A DNA stretch of 36,487 bases, taken from positions 1-36,487 of the IMG/VR virus record IMGVR_UViG_3300020043_001112; one strand, written 5' to 3'. The translations under genes were made by a program, and so were the position numbers. This DNA comes from a virus (lineage: Duplodnaviria; Caudoviricetes). This document shows positions 1 through 7,011 of the stretch, piece by piece. Position 1 is the first letter of the stretch, and every line of letters starts with the position of its first letter. A model generated the notes under the pieces. It ran no database searches and was not told where the DNA came from. It saw only the letters and a list, made by a program, of their open reading frames with translations.

Positions 1-60
1 CCTCATCAATTAAATAAGTATTGTAATGGTGGCCGATGAGCCAACAAACTATACGGCCAA

Positions 61-186
61 TCATCTTACCACCTGAACTGGCTTGCAGCTTGCTACGAGA
101 ACCTTATCACCCTTCTGCTTTGCAGTGCGCTCAATGACGATGGGCTTTAAGCCCTTGATAGCGAGATAGTCGCGGTAGCTCTTCAC
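61..186 (-). CDS. Small hypothetical protein (41 aa, VKSYRDYLAIKG...)
   Basis: GTG start overlaps the upstream TGA and has an AAGGAG RBS. Differences from the right-end copy are mostly synonymous in this frame. Confidence 0.7.
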   Translation of the reverse strand: MKSYRDYLAIKGLKPIVIERTAKQKGDKVLVASCKPVQVVR

Positions 187-275
187 AGCGCCAACTCCTT
201 CGTCAGAGCGATAACTACGCAAGCGCCGATAAATGCGCTGCAAGCGAAACAAACGATAGCTTCCTTGAATGTCAT
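183..275 (-). CDS. Small single-TM protein (30 aa, MTFKEAIVCFACSAFIGACVVIALTKELAL)
   Basis: Manual translation; GGGAG RBS; hydrophobic core. Substitutions versus the other copy are synonymous or conservative (V/I, F/L) in this frame. Confidence 0.7.
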   Translation of the reverse strand: MTFKEAIVCFACSAFIGACVVIALTKELAL

Positions 276-287
276 GTCTAATCTCCC

Positions 288-443
288 TTACCAGCTTTGC
301 TGCCTCATTGCGTTAACCAAGTCTTCTAAGACATCTGCTGCAAACTCCCACTCCTTCTTTCCTTCGAAGGCGTAACGAATGTCTGCAACGTCATCTTCTA
401 GGAACTTGATAATAGCGTTCAGTGAAACTTGCTTGTCTTCCAT
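288..443 (-). CDS. Small acidic hypothetical protein (51 aa, MEDKQVSLNAIIKFLEDD...)
   Basis: Manual translation; GAGGAG RBS; frame preserved with mostly conservative changes in the copy at 36116-36271. Confidence 0.8.
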   Translation of the reverse strand: MEDKQVSLNAIIKFLEDDVADIRYAFEGKKEWEFAADVLEDLVNAMRQQSW

Positions 444-501
444 GTCTAACTCCTCTTCGTGTCTATGAAGGTCACTTTAGCGTCTAAAACGCATTGGTCA
501 A
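441..501 (-). promoter_or_regulatory. Sigma70-like leftward early promoter plus conserved leader
   Basis: TTGACC (501-496)-N16-TAAAGT (479-474), then TAGACACGAAGAGGAGTTAGACATG. Mirrors the element at 3022-3082. Confidence 0.65.
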
Positions 502-504
502 TAC

Positions 505-684
505 CTATTTCTTATTTTTTTCGCCTTCAAAGCTCCGCTGCCATCTCACAATTTCCCATTCGTGTTCAAATTCCATTGGTTTCCAGCGCCATTTCTGCGG
601 GTCCACAGCCCTGCGTATCTCGCCATTGCGAAAAATGATGTCCACAAACTCAAAAGGTGGGCAGCGTCCGTTATTCTTAGGCAA
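505..684 (-). CDS. Hypothetical phage protein (59 aa, MPKNNGRCPPFEFVDIIFRNG...WEIVRWQ)
   Basis: Manual translation; TTG start overlaps the end of the upstream gene; Trp-rich pattern typical of small phage proteins. Confidence 0.6.
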   Translation of the reverse strand: MPKNNGRCPPFEFVDIIFRNGEIRRAVDPQKWRWKPMEFEHEWEIVRWQRSFEGEKNKK

Positions 685-1111
685 CTGGCAAACCCTTTAG
701 GCTTTCAATCTTAAACTCTTTCATGATGGCTGCGGCCTGCTCTGCGGTGCAAAGCTCATCACTTGCTTCATCGTCAGCAGGAACCCAGTCGTGGATTGAA
801 GGCTTAGGAAGATAATAGTTGCCTTCGTAGTCGTAATTGAGAAGGCACATATTCCAGGCCACGCGCTTCAAGTAATCCGGCAGGCGGTCAATCTCAGCCT
901 GGCTGATGTCGCGCTTGCGCATACGCTTGAACAAAGCATCATACTTTGTCTCACGAAACCTCAGTTTCATTGCCCCAAACTGGTCGACATACCATTCGAT
1001 GTCATTACGCTCCATCGACACGTTGCGGCGATTAGCGCGAACCTGTGGGTCTGGAATGATCTCGGCAACAGCTTCGGATTGCGCAGACTTCCTCTCAAGC
1101 GGGTTAACCAT
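677..1111 (-). CDS. Hypothetical protein downstream of replication initiator
   Basis: ORF track 677-1195; the likely start MVNPLERK overlaps the initiator stop. Occupies the position of a helicase loader in lambdoid phages (inference). Confidence 0.7.
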   Translation of the reverse strand: MVNPLERKSAQSEAVAEIIPDPQVRANRRNVSMERNDIEWYVDQFGAMKLRFRETKYDALFKRMRKRDISQAEIDRLPDYLKRVAWNMCLLNYDYEGNYYLPKPSIHDWVPADDEASDELCTAEQAAAIMKEFKIESLKGLPVA

Positions 1112-1817
1112 TGTAATTGCCCTCCAATATCTTCTGAAAATTACCCTTCTTAAACACCCAATCGAACGTGCAGCCGCGCCAGCCATTATCACCACGAAGG
1201 AACGGGCTGGTTTTAATGTTCTCGAACACGGTCACAAAGTCATCAATCGAGTATTGCTCAATCCGAGCTTTCAACAACTGCCTACGTTCGGGAGTTAAAT
1301 CCCTTATCTTTGGCTTGCCAAGATGCTGTGCAGTCTGGTTCCAAAACTCCATAACGTGCCTTGGATTAAATTTGTCGTCCTGCTCGTCTGAAACAGGCGT
1401 TTCGGACATACACTCGTTAGAGTGTAATTCTGGTTCTTGGTTCTTGGTTATTGGTTGTTGGTTATTGGTTGGTTGAACGTCCGTTGAACGTTTGTTGGAC
1501 CGCCGTTGAGCGGATGCTTTACCAGCGTTGGACGCTTTCTCTGATTTTTGGCGGAAATGCGCTATTTCTGCATCACAGCGTGCGTGCGACCAACGATCAT
1601 CAGCATCAAGGCAAAAGAAGTCCTGTAAGACCTGTTTTACCTCTTGGACGTATTCACGCAGGCCAACTTGTCGAGCGACTTCAGCCTCGTCTCCATACAC
1701 TTCACCATCTTTAAGGTAGTATAGGTCGAGCAAGCGCCGATATGCCAAATCCTCCATCGGAGACAGATGGCGCGTGTGGCTGGCGTAGTCGCCAATGTTG
1801 AATTGAAAATAGTGCAT
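1104..1817 (-). CDS. DUF1376/YdaU-family phage replication initiator
   Basis: N-terminus MHYFQFNIGDYASHTRHLSPMEDLAYRRLLDLYY; low-complexity linker; C-terminal FDWVFKKGNFQKILEGNY motif typical of phage replisome organisers. Confidence 0.88.
   Translation of the reverse strand: MHYFQFNIGDYASHTRHLSPMEDLAYRRLLDLYYLKDGEVYGDEAEVARQVGLREYVQEVKQVLQDFFCLDADDRWSHARCDAEIAHFRQKSEKASNAGKASAQRRSNKRSTDVQPTNNQQPITKNQEPELHSNECMSETPVSDEQDDKFNPRHVMEFWNQTAQHLGKPKIRDLTPERRQLLKARIEQYSIDDFVTVFENIKTSPFLRGDNGWRGCTFDWVFKKGNFQKILEGNYNG
1431..1515. repeat. Candidate replication origin: iterons plus 7-mer tandem array
   Basis: GTTG(A/G)-based units at exact 11-bp spacing (1472, 1483, 1494, 1505) next to six TGGTTNT/G 7-mers (1431-1472), all inside the initiator gene. 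Confidence 0.7.
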
Positions 1818-1869
1818 CTCAATCCCCTTTAACTTGCAGGGAGAGACGGCTTTGGGTAGATAATCTCAT

Positions 1870-1939
1870 TAGCGTTGCCTCCGTGTTAGGCGATGTTAGG
1901 GCGGGGAGAGGAGCGGCAAACTCCATCCTCGCCCGTCCT
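1870..1939 (+). ncRNA. Candidate antisense small RNA (two hairpins)
   Basis: Upstream TTGCAG-N17-TAGATA (1834-1862). Stems TAGCGTTGCCT/AGGCGATGTTA and AGGGCGGG/CCCGTCCT have G-U pairs that work only on the + strand. Confidence 0.5.
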
Positions 1940-1951
1940 GTATACCACAGC

Positions 1952-2329
1952 TTATGGCATTCTAAAAGAGCCATATTTCACCAGCGAACTTCTCCGCAGG
2001 CCAATGTGATGGCTGACTGTCGTTCGGTCTACGCCCATGAAGTGAGCAATGCGTTGCGGGTTCCAGTTCAGCTTATCGTGCATTAGGGCCATCAGATGAC
2101 GGCGCGCAGTGATGATTGGCTTCACCCGTGAGCTACTGAATAGCTGCTCTCTCGTCACACCATACTCAGCCATTACCTGTTCAATCAGCGCATTGCCCTT
2201 ATCGCTAATCAGCCTGGGCGCTACTCGTGGCGGTGGTGGCGGAGCAATCTCAATCTTAGTAATCGGCCATTCAATCTTCGGCTTTGGTTCTTCGCCCTCA
2301 GTTTTGCGGCAGTGCCTAATCCTAATCAT
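1952..2329 (-). CDS. DnaA C-terminal (domain IV)-like HTH protein
   Basis: EYGVTREQLFSSSRVKPIITARRHLMAL...IAHFMGVDRTTVSH matches the Bac_DnaA_C pattern. Confidence 0.8.
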   Translation of the reverse strand: MIRIRHCRKTEGEEPKPKIEWPITKIEIAPPPPPRVAPRLISDKGNALIEQVMAEYGVTREQLFSSSRVKPIITARRHLMALMHDKLNWNPQRIAHFMGVDRTTVSHHIGLRRSSLVKYGSFRMP

Positions 2330-2353
2330 TGTCTAAAGTTCCCTTTTTCTATA

Positions 2354-2764
2354 TTATTCGCTCACGCTGCGGTGGTGGCGTGGCCGGGTTGATGGCGTTT
2401 CTCCCTTCCGCCTCCCCGGCCTTATTTCTCGCAATTCGTAGTTTGGAAACAGCGCACGGAACATAGCCTTTCGTATAGGCCAATCGCGGCTGTCGGCCTT
2501 TTTGCTGGATGGCTTCACATCTTCTACAATCTCTTGTCCGTTCATGACGTAGCCAAAATCAAGCGTTACGCCTACGCGCCGACCATTGTCGTGCTTAACT
2601 TGTCGTCCATTCACGACGAAAAAGAACTGAGGCCAGACAATCAGGTCATCAATATACCCAACTGCCTGCATCTCATGTAGCTCATCACAACGCTTGGCTT
2701 CTGCCAGGCTGTCGTGCTTGTGGCCTTCCTTGCAGTAAGCCTTCTTAGCTTTCCACTTTTTCAC
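2354..2764 (-). CDS. DUF1064-family putative PD-(D/E)xK nuclease
   Basis: KWKAKK...HDSLAEAKR...QFFF...LDFGY...IVEDVK motifs; GTG start at 2764 likely. Confidence 0.8.
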   Translation of the reverse strand: MKKWKAKKAYCKEGHKHDSLAEAKRCDELHEMQAVGYIDDLIVWPQFFFVVNGRQVKHDNGRRVGVTLDFGYVMNGQEIVEDVKPSSKKADSRDWPIRKAMFRALFPNYELREIRPGRRKGETPSTRPRHHRSVSE

Positions 2765-2954
2765 TGAGCAGTCCCCGTTCACGAATTAAATCTTCCAGAG
2801 CCTGTTCTGCTTTTTCCAGAGTTGAAAGTCTAGGATAACGTGTCTTCCACTTGGTGAATGTCGTCTCAGCGATACCAGCCCGGCTGGCAATATCACGCCG
2901 AGTGATGCCCCAATAAGCGGCCATCCCCAGTAGCTCCCTTACTCGTGTGTGCAT
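2745..2954 (-). CDS. Cro-like HTH transcriptional regulator
   Basis: 69 aa, GITRRDIASRAGIAETTFTKWK...PRLSTLEK; AGGAGG RBS; first gene of a divergent operon. Confidence 0.82.
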   Translation of the reverse strand: MHTRVRELLGMAAYWGITRRDIASRAGIAETTFTKWKTRYPRLSTLEKAEQALEDLIRERGLLSEKVES

Positions 2955-3082
2955 TTATTCCTCCTTGTGTCATGCGCTAACTATGGCCTGAAAAATAATA
3001 CGTCAACGCATTTTTTTAGTATTGCATCATGTTTTGAAACGTGTATTGTGGCTGCGTTAGACACGAAGGGAGTTTAGAAATG
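2955..3082. promoter_or_regulatory. Back-to-back divergent promoters
   Basis: Minus strand: TTGACG (3006-3001)-N15-CATAGT. Plus strand: TTGCAT (3022-3027)-N16-TATTGT (3044-3049), then TAGACACGAAGGGAGTTTAGAAATG. Confidence 0.6.
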
Positions 3083-3259
3083 TCGAACCACGAAACTATC
3101 TTAGCGATACTTAACAGCCAGACAGACGAGCCGTATGGCAACGAATGCTCGTTCAAGCTCGGCTACCTCATCCTCATGCTTGTAGATATTGCGGACCATC
3201 ATCCTGATGTGGCCGAGGAGCTACAGGATCGCCTCAAGCGCATCAAAGGGAGAAAGTAA
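3080..3259 (+). CDS. Hypothetical protein
   Basis: MSNHETILAIL..., GGGAG RBS, first gene of the rightward operon. Confidence 0.7.
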   Translation: MSNHETILAILNSQTDEPYGNECSFKLGYLILMLVDIADHHPDVAEELQDRLKRIKGRK

Positions 3260-3260
3260 G

Positions 3261-3809
3261 ATGACTGTTTACGCAAAACTTAACGCTGCTCGTGCAGCAT
3301 TCCACGCAAAGTCGCTGAAGAAGTCTGGCAAGAACAGCTTTGCTGGCTACTCATACTTCGAGCTTGGAGACTTTCTGATCCCTGCGCTTCAGGTGTTCGA
3401 GACGTATGGCCTTTGCCCAATCGTATCATTCACGCAGGAGATGGCGGCGCTTGAATTGGTTGATGTCGATACTGGTGAGCGCATTACGTTCACAAGCCCG
3501 ATGGCAGAAGCCAATCTAAAAGGGACGCACCCAATCCAGAACCTTGGCGCAGTTGAGACATACCAACGCCGCTATCTCTATATGGCAGCTCTTGAGATTG
3601 TAGAGCATGACGCAATTGATGCCTCTAAGCCATTGGAAGACAACGGCAAAATCTCACGTGACCAGCTTGAAAATGTGCAAGACCTGATTGCCGAAACGCA
3701 GTCTGACGTTGTTGCCATCTGCAAGAAGCTCAAGGTGAACGGACTCAACGAGATGAACCAAGAGCAATACAACTACGTCATTGGCGTATTGCAGAAGAAG
3801 AAAGGATAA
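3261..3809 (+). CDS. erf: ERF-family single-strand annealing protein
   Basis: KKSGKNSFAGYSYFELGDF...IQNLGAVETYQRRYLYMAALEIVEHD is an ERF-type signature. Confidence 0.88.
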   Translation: MTVYAKLNAARAAFHAKSLKKSGKNSFAGYSYFELGDFLIPALQVFETYGLCPIVSFTQEMAALELVDVDTGERITFTSPMAEANLKGTHPIQNLGAVETYQRRYLYMAALEIVEHDAIDASKPLEDNGKISRDQLENVQDLIAETQSDVVAICKKLKVNGLNEMNQEQYNYVIGVLQKKKG

Positions 3810-3813
3810 GAGG

Positions 3814-4428
3814 ATGGAGCAACGGACAGAAGAATGGATGCAGGCGCGGTGTGGCTCCCTTGGGGCCAGCCAGCTTAACGAAGCACTTGCTACCACTAAG
3901 ACAGGCTGGGGCGCTTCACGGGAGAACCTCAAGAACCGCATCATCGCAGAGCGGCTTACAGGCATCGTGGAGCCATCCTTTGTTTCCAAGCCCATGTTGC
4001 GCGGAATTGAGATGGAGGATGCCGCTAGAAAGGCATACGAAGCCCATACAGGCGTGTTCGTGGATGAGATGGGCATCGCCTACCATCCAGTGCTGAAACA
4101 CACTCACGCAAGCCCTGATGGCCTTGTGGGGGACGATGGGCTTATTGAGATTAAAGTTCCAAATACCACCACCCACGTTGAGACGCTGAGGGCCAAGAAG
4201 GCTCCCAGCAAGTATATCAACCAAATGATGTGGCAGATGCGCTGCACGGACCGCAAGTGGTGCGACTTTGTAAGCTGGGATGACCGCGCACCTGTAGGAA
4301 TGCAGTTGTTTATCGTTCGAGTTCACCGCGACGAAGAGCGCATTAAGAAGTTGGACGAGCAAGTTGCTGAGTTTCTGACGGAAGTTGAGAAGGAAATTGA
4401 ACGTCTTAACGAGGAGTTTGCGGCATGA
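3814..4428 (+). CDS. YqaJ/lambda-type exonuclease
   Basis: MEQRTEEWMQARCGSLGAS...RGIEME...ASPDGLVG...IEIKVP...Q..WQM...WCDFVS. Confidence 0.93.
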   Translation: MEQRTEEWMQARCGSLGASQLNEALATTKTGWGASRENLKNRIIAERLTGIVEPSFVSKPMLRGIEMEDAARKAYEAHTGVFVDEMGIAYHPVLKHTHASPDGLVGDDGLIEIKVPNTTTHVETLRAKKAPSKYINQMMWQMRCTDRKWCDFVSWDDRAPVGMQLFIVRVHRDEERIKKLDEQVAEFLTEVEKEIERLNEEFAA

Positions 4429-4985
4429 AGCGGGTTCTGGTTGCCTGTGAGTATAGCGCGACTGTGCGCGATGCTTTCCGGGCGCTGGGCTACGATGCTT
4501 GGTCATGCGACTTACTTCCAACTGAAGGTGACGCATCATGGCATCATCGGGGGAATGTTCTCAAACTCCTAAAGCACGATTGGGATTTGATGATTGCGCA
4601 TCCGCCATGCACACATTTGGCGGTAAGCGGTGCGCGCTGGTTTAAGGATAAAGTAAGGGAGCAAGCTGAAGCGTTGGAGTTTGTTCAAATGCTTCTTGAC
4701 GCACCAATAGAGCGCATAGCCCTAGAGAACCCAATCAGCATAATCTCTAGCCGTATTCGTAAACCAGACCAGATTATTCAGCCTTGGCAGTTTGGACACG
4801 GGGAAACCAAAGCAACGTGTCTATGGCTGAAAAACCTACCAAAGCTGGTCCCTACGAATGTTGTAGAAGGTAGAAGTGATCGTATCCACAAGATGCCGCC
4901 TAGCGAAAATCGGTGGAAAGAGCGTAGCAGAACTTATCAAGGGATAGCCGATGCAATGGCTAGTCAATGGGGAGAATTGTTATGA
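4425..4985 (+). CDS. Short phage-type DNA cytosine methyltransferase
   Basis: VLVACEYS, WSCD, catalytic HPPC and ENP motifs, KATCLWL, RSRTYQGIADAMASQWG. Confidence 0.82.
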   Translation: MKRVLVACEYSATVRDAFRALGYDAWSCDLLPTEGDASWHHRGNVLKLLKHDWDLMIAHPPCTHLAVSGARWFKDKVREQAEALEFVQMLLDAPIERIALENPISIISSRIRKPDQIIQPWQFGHGETKATCLWLKNLPKLVPTNVVEGRSDRIHKMPPSENRWKERSRTYQGIADAMASQWGELL

Positions 4986-5200
4986 CACAGAATGAACTGG
5001 TCCTTAGCTGGCTGAAGAAGTCGCATATCGGTCCACTGGAAGCGATGAAGGAGCTTGGCATCATGCGCCTGGCTGCACGCATCAAAGACCTACGGGACGA
5101 AGGCCACAAGATTGATATGTCTTGGAACTATGTCACGGACCGCCACGGAGAAGAACGCCGTGTTGCACGTTATACGCTGAAGGAATTGGCAGATGTCTGA
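4982..5200 (+). CDS. Winged-helix HTH protein
   Basis: TQNELVLSWLK...IGPLEAMKELGIMRLAARIKDLRDEGHKI...VARYTL. Confidence 0.8.
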   Translation: MTQNELVLSWLKKSHIGPLEAMKELGIMRLAARIKDLRDEGHKIDMSWNYVTDRHGEERRVARYTLKELADV

Positions 5201-5426
5201 TTTAGAGAAGGATGCTGCACGCTATCGCTGGCTTCGAGATAGCAATTATGAATTGTTCCGCGAAGACATTGGTGAAGAAGCCGAGCCAGGGATGATTGGG
5301 GCAATTACAATGTGCCAAGAAGGCGGCGAGTTTGGAGTGGCCATAGTCCTTGATAGGCATGAGATTGACACAGCAATTGATGCAGCAATGAAGAAATGGC
5401 CATATAATGCTCCCGCAACGCATTAA
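5193..5426 (+). CDS. Hypothetical phage protein
   Basis: DAARYRWLR...IDTAIDAAM motifs, common in phage accessory proteins; coupled to neighbours. Confidence 0.75.
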   Translation: MSDLEKDAARYRWLRDSNYELFREDIGEEAEPGMIGAITMCQEGGEFGVAIVLDRHEIDTAIDAAMKKWPYNAPATH

Positions 5427-5742
5427 AACCAAATCAGACAAGGCAGACCGTGGAAAGCGCAGCCCAGCACATAGGGCTTGGGTTCGTGGGTTTGCCTGCT
5501 CTGCCTGCGGCTCAACGGAAGCCATCGAATGCGCCCACGTTCGCAACGGGACTGATGGCGGTATGGGCATCAAGCCTTCTGATAAATGGTGCATATCACT
5601 CTGCAAAAGCTGTCACTCACAGCAGCACCAGCAGGGAGAGGAAACCTTCCAAAAGTCGCACGGGATAGACATGAAAAAGCTGGCAATGGAGTTCTTCCGA
5701 GCCAGCCCACATAGAAAGAAACTAGAAGATGATACCGAATGA
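5407..5742 (+). CDS. DUF968-like zinc-binding HNH-type protein
   Basis: HRAWVRGFACSACG...AHVR...GMGIKPSD..CISLCKSCHSQQH. Confidence 0.82.
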   Translation: MLPQRIKTKSDKADRGKRSPAHRAWVRGFACSACGSTEAIECAHVRNGTDGGMGIKPSDKWCISLCKSCHSQQHQQGEETFQKSHGIDMKKLAMEFFRASPHRKKLEDDTE

Positions 5743-6049
5743 CGTTCCAATCTCTGAACGCTTTCGTTTAGCCGCGCTTGAATGGGCAGAGCTAGATAAC
5801 GCCGCCAGAATGCTAGAGGAGGGCAAGACGACCTACCTCGCACAGCAAAAAACGAAACTAGGCGATATGCCAGACAGCCACGCAGAGCGGACTGTTAAAT
5901 CGTCGAAGGAATGGTCGGATTACATCAAGTCGATGGTCCGAGCAAAAACAGCAGCAAACAAGGCTCGTATCGAGATGGATTATCTCAAGATGCGTATGCA
6001 GGAATGGATTGCCGCTGAAGCAAATAGCCGAGTAGAAAGGAAACTATAA
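5729..6049 (+). CDS. Hypothetical helical protein
   Basis: ORF coupled to both neighbours; coiled-coil-like. Confidence 0.75.
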   Translation: MIPNDVPISERFRLAALEWAELDNAARMLEEGKTTYLAQQKTKLGDMPDSHAERTVKSSKEWSDYIKSMVRAKTAANKARIEMDYLKMRMQEWIAAEANSRVERKL

Positions 6050-6285
6050 TGAGTGACTTAGTAGCAGCAGATGAATTGCGTTTGCTGATTGAACGCATTG
6101 AGCGCCTGGAAGAAGACAAGCGTGCAGTCATGGAAGACATCAAGAACGTGTATTCCGAAGCCAAGAGCCGTGGGTTTGATCCCAAGATTATGCGCCAGAT
6201 TATCAAGTTGCGCGCCATGGAGAGCCACGAGCGTCAGGAATGGGAAGCCGTTCTTGATACCTACATTGCAGCGTTGGGGATGTAA
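6049..6285 (+). CDS. gapR: GapR/DUF2312 nucleoid-associated protein
   Basis: LRLLIERIERLEEDKRAVMEDIKNVYSEAKSRGFDPKIMRQIIKLR...LDTYIAALGM. Confidence 0.93.
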   Translation: MSDLVAADELRLLIERIERLEEDKRAVMEDIKNVYSEAKSRGFDPKIMRQIIKLRAMESHERQEWEAVLDTYIAALGM

Positions 6286-6286
6286 G

Positions 6287-6670
6287 ATGCAGAAATTGTT
6301 CATTACAGGCGGTCTGGGCCGCGATGCAGAACTGAAGCAGACCAAGGCAGGCGAGGACGTTCTGACGTTCCCTGTGGGTGTTTCTCAGGGCTATGGCGAC
6401 AGCAAGACGACTAACTGGTTCCGCTGCAATATGTGGGGCAAGCGCGCTCGTAATCTCCAGCCGTATTTGCTGAAGGGAGCTAAGGTCGCCGTGTCTGGTT
6501 CCTTGTCTATCGGTGAATATGAAGGTAAAGCTCAGTTTAACGTCACTGTAGACGAAGTTGAGTTTATGTCGCGTGCTGAGAATGCAGAGCGTAAACCAAC
6601 GGCTCATGATAAAGCCAAGGCCAACGGCTATCAGCGCGATGATTACCTCGACGACGAAGCGCCTTTTTAG
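6287..6670 (+). CDS. ssb: Single-stranded DNA-binding protein
   Basis: ITGGLGRDAEL...TNWFRCNMWGK...LLKGAKVAVSG; acidic tail DDEAPF. Confidence 0.95.
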   Translation: MQKLFITGGLGRDAELKQTKAGEDVLTFPVGVSQGYGDSKTTNWFRCNMWGKRARNLQPYLLKGAKVAVSGSLSIGEYEGKAQFNVTVDEVEFMSRAENAERKPTAHDKAKANGYQRDDYLDDEAPF

Positions 6671-6673
6671 GTC

Positions 6674-6895
6674 ATGGAGGATAACATGGCAGCCCTACAA
6701 GAAGCTCGTGAGAAAGTCGCAAAAGCCTATCGTGAAGGCTCAGTGGTATATCGTGGCGTGCTTACAGGGCAGTGGGACAATGGTGAGCTAGTGCAGACCG
6801 CACTAAAGGAGATTATCAACGCTGGTGGCGATTACGCTCGTCTTCCAGAAGAATTACCTCCTGAGACACCATTAAATGCTATTGACGACGAGTGA
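6674..6895 (+). CDS. Hypothetical protein
   Basis: Last ORF of the rightward operon; GGAGG precedes an internal ATG at 6686, which may be the true start. Confidence 0.7.
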   Translation: MEDNMAALQEAREKVAKAYREGSVVYRGVLTGQWDNGELVQTALKEIINAGGDYARLPEELPPETPLNAIDDE

Positions 6896-6915
6896 GAAAT
6901 AACTAGATTAGAGAG

Positions 6916-6993
6916 GCTTGCCACACAAGCATCCTCTCGTTGTTGGGGAAAGGGTCGGACACCGTTGGGGGGACTGTCCGGCCCTTTTCTTTT
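6916..6993 (+). ncRNA. Candidate small RNA with own promoter
   Basis: TTGACG (6882-6887)-N16-TAGATT (6904-6909); 5' hairpin GCTTG-ccaca-CAAGC; ends in an intrinsic terminator. Confidence 0.45.
6948..6993 (+). terminator. Rho-independent terminator
   Basis: AAAGGGTCGGACA/TGTCCGGCCCTTT stem followed by a T-rich tail (TTTTCTTTT). Confidence 0.85.
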
Positions 6994-7011
6994 GTGATTT
7001 ATTTTTGTCCC

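Larger units (their letters stand above)
1..461. repeat. Left copy of diverged terminal direct repeat
   Basis: 1-105 is identical to 35829-35933. 1-449 aligns ungapped to 35829-36277 with about 26 substitutions counted by eye. 441-461 is identical to 36467-36487. Confidence 0.95.

Noticed and set aside
61-252. 63-aa ORF as given in the track (and its copy 35889-36080)
   Set aside because: RBS positions and the synonymous-change pattern support two genes instead (183-275 and 61-186).
1-449. Diversity-generating retroelement TR/VR pair
   Set aside because: Substitutions are not adenine-specific on either strand and are mostly synonymous; no reverse transcriptase is present.
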